From Acholeplasmataceae bacterium (GTDB lineage: Bacteria > Bacillota_I > Bacilli_A > Acholeplasmatales > Acholeplasmataceae), in the NCBI GenBank assembly GCA_963667565.1, contig OY763415.1, positions 542,019 through 606,018 of the forward strand: 64,000 bases of DNA, given 5' to 3'. Below the pieces are notes generated by a model that was given only the letters and a program-made list of their open reading frames with translations, was not told the origin of the DNA and searched no databases. Shown piece by piece: positions 1 through 10,088 of this stretch. The position numbers and the translations under genes were made by a program. Position 1 is the stretch's first letter. Each line of letters opens with the position of its first letter.

Positions 1-60
1 TTTTATTATAAATATTTATTGTTTTATTGTCAATAAAATAATGAATTAGAAAGGATTAAA

Positions 61-951
61 ATGAGTTTAAAACCATATAAATTAGTCTTAGATACTTGGT
101 TAATAGCTAAAGAAAAACAGATTAAATCTTCAAGCTATTCTAATTATTATAGTATTATAAATAATCAAATCATTCCTTATTTTGGTCACTTGAGTGTAGA
201 TGACTTGGATCAAACTAAACTACATGAATATTGTGAAACACATCTTTTAAACAAATCCAATTCATATATTCTGGACATCCTAAATATTATGATTCAAAGT
301 TTGGAACCATATCCTTCAAAAAAAGATATGCTAATTCAATACATAAAAGAGAACATTAGTACGAATAGAAATAAAAATCAAAATGGTTATTTAGACAAAA
401 AGAACATTGAAAGAATGATATTTATTATTAAAAATAATAACATAAAATACAAATTAGGCTTTTTACTTCCAATCTTAACAGGTATGAGAATCGGTGAAGT
501 ATGTGCCCTAAAGTATAAAAATGTTGATTATAGAAATAAATATATCGAAGTAAATCATACTGTTTATAGAATAAAAGATGGTGCCAATACTAAGTTAAAA
601 TTGCTTACTCCAAAGACCAGAAATAGTCAAAGAATTATTCCAATTCATGAAGAATTAATGCATCAATTAAATAATTACACTGACGAAAATGCATTTATAC
701 TAACAGGCAAACCTTATCCACTAGATCCTAGAATTTTGAGAAGACATTTTAATGTTTTTATCAATCACTATAAATTTCCAAAAATAAGATTTCATGACTT
801 AAGACATTCATTTGCAACGACATGTTTAGAAAATGGAATTGACTATAAAAGTTTAAGTGAACTTTTAGGACATTCTAGTGTTTCAACAACATTAAATATT
901 TATGTACATTCAAATAATGATAAAAAAAGAGCATTTATCAACAAAATTTGA
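61..951 (+). CDS. Tyrosine recombinase / phage-integrase family protein
   Basis: Catalytic set intact: GMRIGE (R), TPKT (K), HDLRH, LGH, IYVH (Y); N-terminal core-binding segment but no obvious arm-binding domain. Confidence 0.9.
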   Translation: MSLKPYKLVLDTWLIAKEKQIKSSSYSNYYSIINNQIIPYFGHLSVDDLDQTKLHEYCETHLLNKSNSYILDILNIMIQSLEPYPSKKDMLIQYIKENISTNRNKNQNGYLDKKNIERMIFIIKNNNIKYKLGFLLPILTGMRIGEVCALKYKNVDYRNKYIEVNHTVYRIKDGANTKLKLLTPKTRNSQRIIPIHEELMHQLNNYTDENAFILTGKPYPLDPRILRRHFNVFINHYKFPKIRFHDLRHSFATTCLENGIDYKSLSELLGHSSVSTTLNIYVHSNNDKKRAFINKI

Positions 952-956
952 TGAAA

Positions 957-982
957 AGTCCTTAAATACTACATTAAGGACT
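957..982. repeat. Perfect 9-bp inverted repeat with 8-bp spacer (AGTCCTTAA-atactaca-TTAAGGACT)
   Basis: Read directly, 5 bp after the integrase stop; no U-tract on the + strand. Confidence 0.7.
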
Positions 983-1002
983 AAACAATAGGAGGGGAAA
1001 CT

Positions 1003-1353
1003 ATGCACTGGATTGACGATTTAACAGATGAACAACGAAAGGAAATATATTTAAGATACAAGAGATTATGTGATCAGATTCTAAGTGTGATGTTTATATC
1101 ATTTTTTATGATGATTGTTTCAATGTATTATATAGTGACTAAAAATGATTATGCATTATTTATCGTCTCAATTACATCACATGGAATTCTTGGTGGTATT
1201 TTAATGATTTATGGGAATACCATATATGCAGTAAAATACAAAAAAAACAATTTGAAAAATAAGTATCGTATGATTGGATTATATTTTGGATTATATTTTA
1301 TACCTTTACTTTCATCATATATTATTGAACAAATAGCTACGATAAGAGAATAA
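1003..1353 (+). CDS. Small hypothetical membrane protein (about 3 TM segments)
   Basis: GGAGG RBS upstream; hydrophobic stretches; followed by terminator. Confidence 0.75.
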   Translation: MHWIDDLTDEQRKEIYLRYKRLCDQILSVMFISFFMMIVSMYYIVTKNDYALFIVSITSHGILGGILMIYGNTIYAVKYKKNNLKNKYRMIGLYFGLYFIPLLSSYIIEQIATIRE

Positions 1354-1385
1354 AAAAGCCTTTCTAAAAAGGCTTTATCTTTTTT
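1352..1385. terminator. Bidirectional intrinsic terminator
   Basis: AAAGCCTTT-ctaa-AAAGGCTTT hairpin with A/T flanks between convergent genes. Confidence 0.7.
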
Positions 1386-2616
1386 TATGTTTTAATTTAT
1401 CCAATTGCTCGAGTCTATCAGCTAAAGCTTTTTCATAACTAGACTCTTTTTTTGGTATGTAATAAACATGTGATTGAATTTTTTCTGGTAAATACTGTTG
1501 TTCGTTGATGCTATTTTCATCAGCATGAGGGTATTTATAAATTTCAGGATTTTTAGCAATTTCACGATTACTTGCTTGTGGAGGAATAGCTCCACAGTCT
1601 TCATTTTGATAAACTTCCATAGCTTTGTCTAAAGCAAGATACCCAGTATTAGATTTAGGAGATAATGCCATATCTACAACAATGACTGACAATATAATTC
1701 TTGCTTCTGGCAATCCTACTTTTAATGCACTTTCACAAGCACTTGCTACTTTAACACCCATCATGGGATTTGCAAGCCCAATATCTTCATATGCAATCAC
1801 TAAAAGTCGTCTGATAATGGATTGAAGATCTTCTAAAGTAATCAGTCTTGCTAAATAATGAACACTTGCATCTACATCAGAACCTCTAATGGATTTTTGT
1901 AATGCAGATAATAAGTCATAAAAATTATCTTGATTTTTATCTAAATCATGATGAACTTTACCACTGACTCTATAAACAACATCTGAAGTTAATAAGTCTC
2001 CATCTTCTAAAAGAAGAGATGAGCTTTCAAGAATGTTTAATGCAGTTCTAATTTCATGATTTGATAGTCTTACAATAGCATCTAATGCACTTTGATCAAT
2101 TCTAATATCTACATCTAATTCTTTTAATGCTTTTTTAATCGCTAAACCAATAGATGCTTCATCTAATTTCTTTACTTCATATAAATGGCATCTAGAGCGA
2201 ATCGCCATATTAATACTTTGATATGGGTTTAATGTCGTCAATCCTATAATAGTGACATGACCGTTTTCAAGAAATGGTAGCAAATAATCTTGGATATCAG
2301 TTTTCATTCGATGGATTTCATCGATGATTAATAAAACATCATGATAAGCAGTCATATCGATGATATCTTTAAGCTTTGCTTTGTTATCCGTTGATGCATT
2401 ATAAAAATATGTATCTAATTTAGATTGAGCTGCAAAGATACTTGCGATGGTAGTTTTTCCTGTTCCAGGAGGACCGTAAAGTATAAAAGACATCAGTTTA
2501 TGCTTTTTAAGCATAACATTTAAAACACCTTCATGTCCAATGAGGTGGTCTTGTCCAAATATATCTTCAAATTGAGTGGGTCTCATGCGATATGCTAGAG
2601 GTATCATTATTATCAC
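1375..2616 (-). CDS. rarA: Replication-associated recombination protein A (RarA/MgsA AAA+ ATPase)
   Basis: PLAYRMRP, GPPGTGKTT, DEIHR, SALQKSIRGSD, EDIGLA motifs. Confidence 0.95.
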   Translation of the reverse strand: MIIMIPLAYRMRPTQFEDIFGQDHLIGHEGVLNVMLKKHKLMSFILYGPPGTGKTTIASIFAAQSKLDTYFYNASTDNKAKLKDIIDMTAYHDVLLIIDEIHRMKTDIQDYLLPFLENGHVTIIGLTTLNPYQSINMAIRSRCHLYEVKKLDEASIGLAIKKALKELDVDIRIDQSALDAIVRLSNHEIRTALNILESSSLLLEDGDLLTSDVVYRVSGKVHHDLDKNQDNFYDLLSALQKSIRGSDVDASVHYLARLITLEDLQSIIRRLLVIAYEDIGLANPMMGVKVASACESALKVGLPEARIILSVIVVDMALSPKSNTGYLALDKAMEVYQNEDCGAIPPQASNREIAKNPEIYKYPHADENSINEQQYLPEKIQSHVYYIPKKESSYEKALADRLEQLDKLKHKKR

Positions 2617-2709
2617 CTACACTCATTATAGCATACTTGATAAAAGATAAAATAATATGGTAGAATAATATAGTATTATTAATACTATGATTGGCTTTGG
2701 AGGCTTAAA

Positions 2710-3222
2710 ATGGACTTAAAAAAATATATTGCAGATGTGCCAGATTTTCCAAAAGAAGGGATTTTATTTAGAGATATAACACCATTGATGTTAGATGGTG
2801 ATGCATATAGATATGCAGCTGATGAATTTACGAAATTTGCAAAGGAAAGAAATGCAAATGTGATCGTAGGTCCTGAAGCAAGAGGTTTTATTTTTGGTTG
2901 CCCAGTTGCAACTAATTTAGGTGTAGGATTTGCACCGGTTAGAAAACCTAATAAATTACCAAGAGAAACTGTAACTGAAGCTTATGATTTAGAATATGGT
3001 TCAAATGAATTATCAATTCATGCAGATTCTATTAAACCTGGAGACAAAGTCTTAATCATTGATGACCTACTCGCAACAGGCGGTACAATGGCTGCAACCA
3101 TTAAACTTGTAGAAAAATTAGGTGGAGAAGTTGTTGGATTAGCATTCTTAATTGAACTTGCTGATTTAGATGGAAGAGATAAATTAGGTAATTATGATAT
3201 ACTTACATTAATTACTTATTAG
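2710..3222 (+). CDS. apt: Adenine phosphoribosyltransferase
   Basis: [32 protein letters not shown]. Confidence 0.97.
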   Translation: MDLKKYIADVPDFPKEGILFRDITPLMLDGDAYRYAADEFTKFAKERNANVIVGPEARGFIFGCPVATNLGVGFAPVRKPNKLPRETVTEAYDLEYGSNELSIHADSIKPGDKVLIIDDLLATGGTMAATIKLVEKLGGEVVGLAFLIELADLDGRDKLGNYDILTLITY

Positions 3223-3233
3223 GAAGTGTTTAA

Positions 3234-5414
3234 ATGCAAGATTTATTATTTGATTCTTTAGCTGAAGGTTTTTCTTCATACATTCATAACGAACACGATA
3301 TTGAACAAATAAGAAAAGCTTATCAAATCGCTAAAGACAAGCATACGGGTCAGATGAGAAAAACAGGTGATCCGTATATTACACATCCGATTGCAGTTGC
3401 AAAAATATTAACTGAACTAACTGCAGGCCCAGCAACGATTATTGCCGCACTTCTTCATGATACTGTTGAAGATACAGACTACACATTAGAAGAAGTTGAA
3501 AAAGAGTTTGGTTCAGATGTTGCAGCAATGGTTGATGGTGTAACAAAAATTGGTAAATTGTCTTTTAATACTGTCGCTTCACAAGCAGATAACCATCAAA
3601 AAATGTTATTAGCTATGGCGAAAGATATTCGTGTTGTCTTAATAAAGATAGCCGATAGATTACACAATATTAGAACGCTACAATCAATGACACCTGAAAA
3701 ACAATATCGGATTGCAAGTGAAACTTTAGAAATTTATGCACCCTTGGCTCATCGCCTAGGGATTTTTAGAATAAAAGCAGAATTAGAGGATAAATCATTA
3801 AGATATACGGATCCTCCAATGTACTATAGAGTCTCAAATATGATTCAAGCTAAAAAAGAAGAAAGAGAAGCATCTATTGGACAAATAATTGATAAAGTTC
3901 AAGAGTTGTTTGTCCATAATGATTTAGTTGAGTATGAAATTAAGGGACGTATCAAAAATATTTATAGTATTTACAAAAAAATGGTTAGAGATAATCGAGC
4001 TTTTGAAGATATATATGACTTATTAGCAGTAAGAATTATCGTAGATAAAGTAGAGCAATGTTATCAAGCATTAGGTCTTATTCACGCTAATTTTACGCCA
4101 ATTCCAAGACGCTTTAAAGATTATATAGCCGTACCTAAACCGAACATGTATCAGTCGCTTCATACGACTGTTTTATCAGAAGATGGAACATTGTTTGAAG
4201 TCCAAATTCGTACACATGAAATGGATCAAATTGCTGAATATGGGATTGCTGCTCACTGGGCATACAAAGAAAATAAAACATACTCAAAAGAAAGAGAACA
4301 ATTTGAAATTGCTCAAAAACTTAAATGGTATGGAGATTTGCTTAAAATGAGTGAGGATAGTGATGAAACTGAAGCAGGTGCTAAGGAGTTTGTATCCACA
4401 ATTAAAGGTGATATTCTTGATGCTAATGTCTATGTGTTTACACCAAAAGGTGAAGTCATAGAATTACCAAAAGGTGCTACACCAATCGACTTTGCATATC
4501 GCATTCATACTGATGTTGGAAATAAAATGGTAGGTGCAATTGTAAACAATCGTATCGTCACGCTTGATTATGAACTTGCGACTGGTGATATTGTAAGTGT
4601 TAAGACAAATAAAAATCAAGAAGGACCAAGTGAAGATTGGTTAAAGATTGCTAAATCATCTCATGCTAAACATAAAATTAAGAGTCATTTAAATAAACAA
4701 AATCGCGATCAACTTATTCAAATTGGAGAATCTTTATTAGATAAAGAAATTACATCTCAAAAGATTGATCATACCAAAATCGATGATGCTTTTGTCAAGA
4801 AAAACTTTGAGAAAAACATGCTAGAAAATGTCATTGATCTCTATCTTGAAATAGGTAAAGGATTAATCAGTCCTAAAACAGTAGTTCAAAAAGTTTTAGG
4901 TCGTGAAGTTGATAGAGAACAAATGCTTCAACGACAAATGGAAAAAGCAGCAAGACAGTTAACTACTCATCATGAAACTGGTGTTGTTATTGATGGTTTA
5001 TCAAGTCCTCAAATTAAATTAGCAAATTGTTGTCTTCCTATTCCTGGAGATCCTATTTTAGGATTTGTGTCAAAAACTAGTGGTATTGTTATTCATAATG
5101 CTGCATGTCCAAATTGTAAGCAATTTGATGAAAATAGATTAATTGAAGTTTTTTGGTCAGACCAAATTGAAAGAAAATATCCTACAAGAATTAAAATTGT
5201 TGGAACAGCAAGACCAACTTTATTAACTGAAGTAGTCACTGCTGTTAATGCGATGAGTATTGCAATTGCGGAAGTTAACGCAATGACATCTTCAAATCTT
5301 GAGATGACGATAAAACTTAAAGTGTCGATTAATGATTTACAAACATTAAACAATGTCATGGTCAATATTAAAAAAGTAAGTGACATTACACTTGTTGAGC
5401 GTGATTTCCAATGA
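3234..5414 (+). CDS. relA: Bifunctional (p)ppGpp synthetase/hydrolase (long RSH)
   Basis: HD domain (ALLHDTVED), synthetase GRIKNIYSIY and YQSLHT, TGS and ACT domains; apt-rel-dtd order. Confidence 0.97.
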   Translation: MQDLLFDSLAEGFSSYIHNEHDIEQIRKAYQIAKDKHTGQMRKTGDPYITHPIAVAKILTELTAGPATIIAALLHDTVEDTDYTLEEVEKEFGSDVAAMVDGVTKIGKLSFNTVASQADNHQKMLLAMAKDIRVVLIKIADRLHNIRTLQSMTPEKQYRIASETLEIYAPLAHRLGIFRIKAELEDKSLRYTDPPMYYRVSNMIQAKKEEREASIGQIIDKVQELFVHNDLVEYEIKGRIKNIYSIYKKMVRDNRAFEDIYDLLAVRIIVDKVEQCYQALGLIHANFTPIPRRFKDYIAVPKPNMYQSLHTTVLSEDGTLFEVQIRTHEMDQIAEYGIAAHWAYKENKTYSKEREQFEIAQKLKWYGDLLKMSEDSDETEAGAKEFVSTIKGDILDANVYVFTPKGEVIELPKGATPIDFAYRIHTDVGNKMVGAIVNNRIVTLDYELATGDIVSVKTNKNQEGPSEDWLKIAKSSHAKHKIKSHLNKQNRDQLIQIGESLLDKEITSQKIDHTKIDDAFVKKNFEKNMLENVIDLYLEIGKGLISPKTVVQKVLGREVDREQMLQRQMEKAARQLTTHHETGVVIDGLSSPQIKLANCCLPIPGDPILGFVSKTSGIVIHNAACPNCKQFDENRLIEVFWSDQIERKYPTRIKIVGTARPTLLTEVVTAVNAMSIAIAEVNAMTSSNLEMTIKLKVSINDLQTLNNVMVNIKKVSDITLVERDFQ

Positions 5415-5845
5415 GAGTCGTTTGCCAAAGAGTCAGTGAAGCATCTGTTTTGGTGAATAAAGAAGTCGTCGGTCATATCAATTTAGGCTATTTACTTTAT
5501 GTTGGTTTTCACGAAGATGATACAAATATGCAAGTAAAAAAGATGGCAGATAAGATTTCAAAATTACGCATATTTGAAGATGAACAAGGCAAACTAAATT
5601 TAAACTTAAGTCAAGTTGGTGGAGAAATATTAGCTGTCTCACAATTTACCCTCTATGGTGATGTGAGTTCTAATCATAGACCCTCATTTACAAAAGCGTG
5701 TAAACCAGATCAAGCAGTCTTATTATATGAATTATTCATCAATGAATTAAGGTCATTATTTCATGTAGAGACTGGTATATTTCAAACGCATATGGAGGTT
5801 TCATCAGTTAACGATGGACCAGTCACCATTTTGATTGAATATTGA
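5411..5845 (+). CDS. dtd: D-aminoacyl-tRNA deacylase
   Basis: MRVVCQRV, SQFTL, NDGPVT motifs. Confidence 0.97.
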   Translation: MRVVCQRVSEASVLVNKEVVGHINLGYLLYVGFHEDDTNMQVKKMADKISKLRIFEDEQGKLNLNLSQVGGEILAVSQFTLYGDVSSNHRPSFTKACKPDQAVLLYELFINELRSLFHVETGIFQTHMEVSSVNDGPVTILIEY

Positions 5846-5874
5846 TTGACAAAAAGTATCAAAAAAGATAAAAT
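5846..5874 (+). promoter_or_regulatory. SigA-type promoter of the T-box/GNAT-hisS-aspS operon
   Basis: TTGACA (5846-5851), 17-bp spacer, TAAAAT (5869-5874). Confidence 0.75.
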
Positions 5875-5889
5875 GAATTTATAAATTGA

Positions 5890-6032
5890 ATCGCCTGTGA
5901 CAAAGGCATTTAACAGTTGTTAAATATGTGACACCTTTGGAGGCAAGTAAATCAATGAGGGCTAGAAGCAATTCTAGAACTAAGGTGGTACCGCGAATTT
6001 TCGTCCTTAGATTTTTTTAAGGACGTTTTTTT
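5890..6032 (+). ncRNA. T-box riboswitch (transcriptional), Asp (GAC) specifier
   Basis: T-box AAGGTGGTACCGCG at 5982-5995; terminator CGTCCTTA/TAAGGACG plus T-run at 6002-6032; GA/K-turn motif; GAC at 5930-5932 followed by A then closing stem; aspS downstream. Confidence 0.9.
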
Positions 6033-6044
6033 ATAGAGGTAGGT

Positions 6045-6620
6045 ATGAATTTACTAAAACAAATGCCAATTAAATATTTTGATCACTATATGTTAAGACC
6101 TATTAAAAAAAGTGATTATAAAGATATGTTTGAATATGGTAAAAGCAAAGAAGTTTGCCAATATTTGACATGGGGACCCATGTTTCATATAAGCGAAGCA
6201 AAAAAATCGATTAAATCTATTTTTCTGACTAGACCTAAAAAAGGGATTCCTGTTGGATATGCAATCGTGGATACACTTTTAGATAAAATGATTGGTACGA
6301 TCGATTTTCATACTAAAATCGAACATCAAAATGTTGTCGAGATTGGATATGTTTTAAATCAGTCTTATTGGAGTAAACATATTATGTCACAAGCACTTAA
6401 AATTGTTACAGAAGTAGGGTTTGAAGTATATCAGTATGATAAAATAATCATTAAACATTTAAAAAACAATACTGCAAGTGGCAAAGTGATTAAAAATAAT
6501 GGATATAAGTTTAAAAATAGTTATCCGTATCATTATGATAAGATAACACAGGTATTATCATCAGAAATGATGGTATATGAATTGACTAAGGAGAATTATG
6601 ATGAAAATAAATCGCGTTAA
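6045..6620 (+). CDS. RimJ/RimL-type GNAT N-acetyltransferase
   Basis: EIGYVLNQSYWSKHIMSQA acetyl-CoA-binding region, NTASGKV motif. Confidence 0.85.
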   Translation: MNLLKQMPIKYFDHYMLRPIKKSDYKDMFEYGKSKEVCQYLTWGPMFHISEAKKSIKSIFLTRPKKGIPVGYAIVDTLLDKMIGTIDFHTKIEHQNVVEIGYVLNQSYWSKHIMSQALKIVTEVGFEVYQYDKIIIKHLKNNTASGKVIKNNGYKFKNSYPYHYDKITQVLSSEMMVYELTKENYDENKSR

Positions 6621-7869
6621 AGGAACATATGATGTGCTCCCTCAAGAAAGTTATAAATGGCATACATTAGAATCAAAAATTAGAGAAATTACAGCGCTTT
6701 ATGGATTCCATGAGATAAGAACACCGATGATGGAATATTCAGAAGTATTTCATCGAGAAAACGACTTATCAGATATGGTAACTAAGGAAACTTACGATTT
6801 TTTTGATAGAAGTGATCGAAAATTAACGCTTCGACCTGAAGGTACCGCTGGTGTGATTAGAAGTTATGTTGAAAATAAGTTATATGCTGACTTATCACTT
6901 CAAAAATTATATTATGTGGGGCCTAATTTTAGATACGAAAGACCACAAAAAGGTAGATATAGACAGTTTTATCAATTTGGATTAGAAGCTGTTGGATCCA
7001 TGGATCCTAGGGTGGATGCTGAAGTGATTAGCCTATCATATGATTTTATTCAAAATCTTGGTTTAAAAGGTGTTAAAGTAAGAATTAATAGTCTTGGTGA
7101 TCAAACATCTAGAGATGCTTATCAAAGTGCTCTTAAATTACATTTTGAGCCACATAGAGCTGAACTTTGTGAGGATTGTCAAACAAGAATTGACAAAAAC
7201 CCACTAAGAATTCTTGATTGTAAAGTTGATCAAAATCATCAAGCACTTAAATCAGCACCGACACCGATTGAGTACTTAAATGAAGCATCTAAGACTTATT
7301 TTGAACAAGTCAAAGCATTTTTAGATGCACAAGGCGTTACATATGAAATAGCACCTAGATTGGTTAGAGGCTTAGATTATTATAGCCATACAGTATTTGA
7401 AGTTGAAGCGATGATTGAAGGTTTTGGTGCCCAAAATGTATTGGGTGGTGGAGGACGCTATCAACAACTTGTAGAAGAACTTGGTGGACCAGAAACACCT
7501 GGGATTGGTGTAGCATTTGGTATGGAAAGATTACTGATGGCCATTGATTATGAAAATCCAGAGTTATATCATACAGATGGATTGGATGCATATTTGATTA
7601 CATTTGGTGATTCTCTAAATAAAGAAGCAGCTAAATTAATTCACGATTTAAGATTGACTGGCTTAAAAGCAGATATGAATTACACTAACAAATCATTTAA
7701 AGGTCAATTAAAGGAAGCTTTAAGATATAACGCTAAATATATCATTTTCTTAGGCGAAGATGAGTATCAAAAAGGTATTATTGCAGTTAAAAATACAAAA
7801 ACAGAAATTCAAGAAGATGTGAAATCAGAAGAAGTGGTTTCATATTTAATCAAACAATGTGCGGAGTAG
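6598..7869 (+). CDS. hisS: Histidine--tRNA ligase
   Basis: LRPEGTA, RYERPQKGRYRQF, VRGLDYY, GGGRY motifs. Confidence 0.97.
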   Translation: MMKINRVKGTYDVLPQESYKWHTLESKIREITALYGFHEIRTPMMEYSEVFHRENDLSDMVTKETYDFFDRSDRKLTLRPEGTAGVIRSYVENKLYADLSLQKLYYVGPNFRYERPQKGRYRQFYQFGLEAVGSMDPRVDAEVISLSYDFIQNLGLKGVKVRINSLGDQTSRDAYQSALKLHFEPHRAELCEDCQTRIDKNPLRILDCKVDQNHQALKSAPTPIEYLNEASKTYFEQVKAFLDAQGVTYEIAPRLVRGLDYYSHTVFEVEAMIEGFGAQNVLGGGGRYQQLVEELGGPETPGIGVAFGMERLLMAIDYENPELYHTDGLDAYLITFGDSLNKEAAKLIHDLRLTGLKADMNYTNKSFKGQLKEALRYNAKYIIFLGEDEYQKGIIAVKNTKTEIQEDVKSEEVVSYLIKQCAE

Positions 7870-7873
7870 AACT

Positions 7874-9589
7874 ATGAAATATACACATCATAACAATGAA
7901 TTAACAATGAAACAAGTAGGTCAAGAAGTATTCTTAAAAGGTTGGGTACAAAAAGCCCGCAATTTAGGAGGACTCATTTTTGTTGACTTAAGAGATAGAA
8001 AAGGTATTACACAACTTGTTATTAGACCAGAAAATAATGCATATGAAACAGCACTTAAATTAAGAAGTGAATTTGTCATTGAAGCTAAAGGCATCGTCGT
8101 CGAAAGAGAAAGTAAAAATGCAAATATGCTTACAGGTGAAATTGAAATTGATGTTACACATCTTAACATCTTAAGCCAAGCATTAACACCACCAATTAGT
8201 GTGTTAAATGATAGTGATGCACTAGAAGAGACAAGATTAAAATATCGTTATTTAGATTTGAGAAGACCGATGATGCAAAATTATTTAATTCAAAGACATA
8301 AAATTGTTCAAGCCATTAGAAAAGTGTTGGTCAATGAAGAATTTTTAGAAATTGAAACACCTATCTTGGGAAAATCAACACCTGAAGGTGCAAGAGATTA
8401 TTTAGTTCCATCTCGTCTTTATGAAGGTCAATTTTATGCATTACCTCAATCACCTCAAATATATAAGCAATTATTTATGGTTGCAGGATTAGAAAAATAT
8501 TTCCAAATCGCGAAATGTTTTAGAGATGAAGATTTAAGAGCAGATAGACAGCCAGAATTCACACAAGTCGATATTGAGGCTTCTTTTGTTGAGCCTGAAG
8601 ATATTCAAGGCTTGGTTGAAAAAATCTTAAAACAAGCCTTTAAAGACGTTTTAGACGTTGATATCGCAACTCCGTTTGCTCATATGTCTTATAAAGAAGC
8701 TATGGAATCTTATGGTAGTGATAAACCTGATACAAGATATGGTATGCTTATTCAAGATTATAAAACTTTATTTGAAAGCATTGATCTTCCATTATTTAAT
8801 GGCAAAGATGAAATCAGAGGTTTACGCCTAGAAAATTCAAGTGATTTATCACGTAAACAAATAGATGCACTTACATTACATGTTAAGAAAAATCATGGTG
8901 AAGCACTTGCATTTTTGAAGAAACAAGATGGAGAAATTAAAGGAAGCATTTTAAAATTTGTTGATGAAAACATATTAAATACATTAAATATATTAGAAGG
9001 TGAAACGATATTCTTTGTTCCTGGTCGTTATCAAGATGTTTTAGATGCACTTGGAGCACTTAGAATTGAACTTGCAAATATGTATAATCTTATTGATCCT
9101 AATCAATATGCATTTTTATGGGTCGTTGATTGGCCACTTCTTGAATATAGCGAAGAAGAAGGAAGATTTTATGCTAAGCATCACCCATTTACTGCACCAG
9201 ATGATGTAGAAAAACTTAAAAATAATCCAAAAGATGCAATGGCAAAAGCATATGATATCGTCTTAAACGGTTATGAAATAGGTGGAGGATCAATTAGAAT
9301 CCATAATCAAGATGTTCAACAATTAATGTTTGAAACACTAGGATTAAGTGAAACAGATGTCAAAGAACGTTTTGGATTTTTTGTCGATGCACTAAAATAT
9401 GGAACACCTCCTCATGGTGGTCTAGCTTTAGGTTTGGACAGAATTGTTATGCTTATGACACATACAGCAAATATTAAAGATGTTGTGGCTTTTCCAAAAA
9501 CACAAAGTGCTAAAGACCAAATGATGCAAGCACCTTCCTTAGTTGAAGAAATTCAATTGGATGAATTACATTTAAAGGTTGGTGAATAG
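7874..9589 (+). CDS. aspS: Aspartate--tRNA ligase
   Basis: OB-fold N-terminus, PEGARDYLVPSR, ALPQSPQ, RADRQPEFTQ, PPHGG; start moved to ATG 7874. Confidence 0.96.
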   Translation: MKYTHHNNELTMKQVGQEVFLKGWVQKARNLGGLIFVDLRDRKGITQLVIRPENNAYETALKLRSEFVIEAKGIVVERESKNANMLTGEIEIDVTHLNILSQALTPPISVLNDSDALEETRLKYRYLDLRRPMMQNYLIQRHKIVQAIRKVLVNEEFLEIETPILGKSTPEGARDYLVPSRLYEGQFYALPQSPQIYKQLFMVAGLEKYFQIAKCFRDEDLRADRQPEFTQVDIEASFVEPEDIQGLVEKILKQAFKDVLDVDIATPFAHMSYKEAMESYGSDKPDTRYGMLIQDYKTLFESIDLPLFNGKDEIRGLRLENSSDLSRKQIDALTLHVKKNHGEALAFLKKQDGEIKGSILKFVDENILNTLNILEGETIFFVPGRYQDVLDALGALRIELANMYNLIDPNQYAFLWVVDWPLLEYSEEEGRFYAKHHPFTAPDDVEKLKNNPKDAMAKAYDIVLNGYEIGGGSIRIHNQDVQQLMFETLGLSETDVKERFGFFVDALKYGTPPHGGLALGLDRIVMLMTHTANIKDVVAFPKTQSAKDQMMQAPSLVEEIQLDELHLKVGE

Positions 9590-9590
9590 T

Positions 9591-10088
9591 ATGAACCATG
9601 TAATCTTAGCAGGTGGATGTTTTTGGGGTGTTGAAGCGTATTTTAAGGCATTAAAAGGCGTTTTAGAGACATCAGTAGGTTATATTGATGGGAATAAAAG
9701 AAATCCATCATATCAAGAAGTATGTCATGGCATAGCGACACATACAGAAGCTGTTGAATTATATTATGATGAAAAAAATATCACTTTAGAACAAATCTTA
9801 GAACACTTTTTACGATTTGTCGATCCATTTAGCATCAATAGACAAGGCCATGATATTGGTGCACAATATCGTAGTGGAGTTTATGTTGATCATGTAGAAG
9901 ATATGAATAGAGTCAATGATTTTTTTAAATCTTATTTTGGAAAAGATTATGACAAAGTGCAAATCAAAGTTAAAATTAAAAACGATTATGATTTAGCGGA
10001 AACTTATCATCAAAAATATTTAGATAAAAATCCAGGTGGTTATTGTCATGTTGACTTAAATCTAATCAAAGAGGATGAAAAAAAGTGA
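9591..10088 (+). CDS. msrA: Peptide-methionine (S)-S-oxide reductase
   Basis: GGCFWG active site, AETYHQKYL; start moved to ATG 9591. Confidence 0.95.
   Translation: MNHVILAGGCFWGVEAYFKALKGVLETSVGYIDGNKRNPSYQEVCHGIATHTEAVELYYDEKNITLEQILEHFLRFVDPFSINRQGHDIGAQYRSGVYVDHVEDMNRVNDFFKSYFGKDYDKVQIKVKIKNDYDLAETYHQKYLDKNPGGYCHVDLNLIKEDEKK

Noticed and set aside
61-1353. Integron (IntI plus gene cassette)
   Set aside because: No evident IntI-specific insertion, no attC-like R''/R' boxes and only one downstream ORF.
5093-5476. 127-aa minus-strand ORF
   Set aside because: Antisense shadow of relA/dtd with no family motifs.
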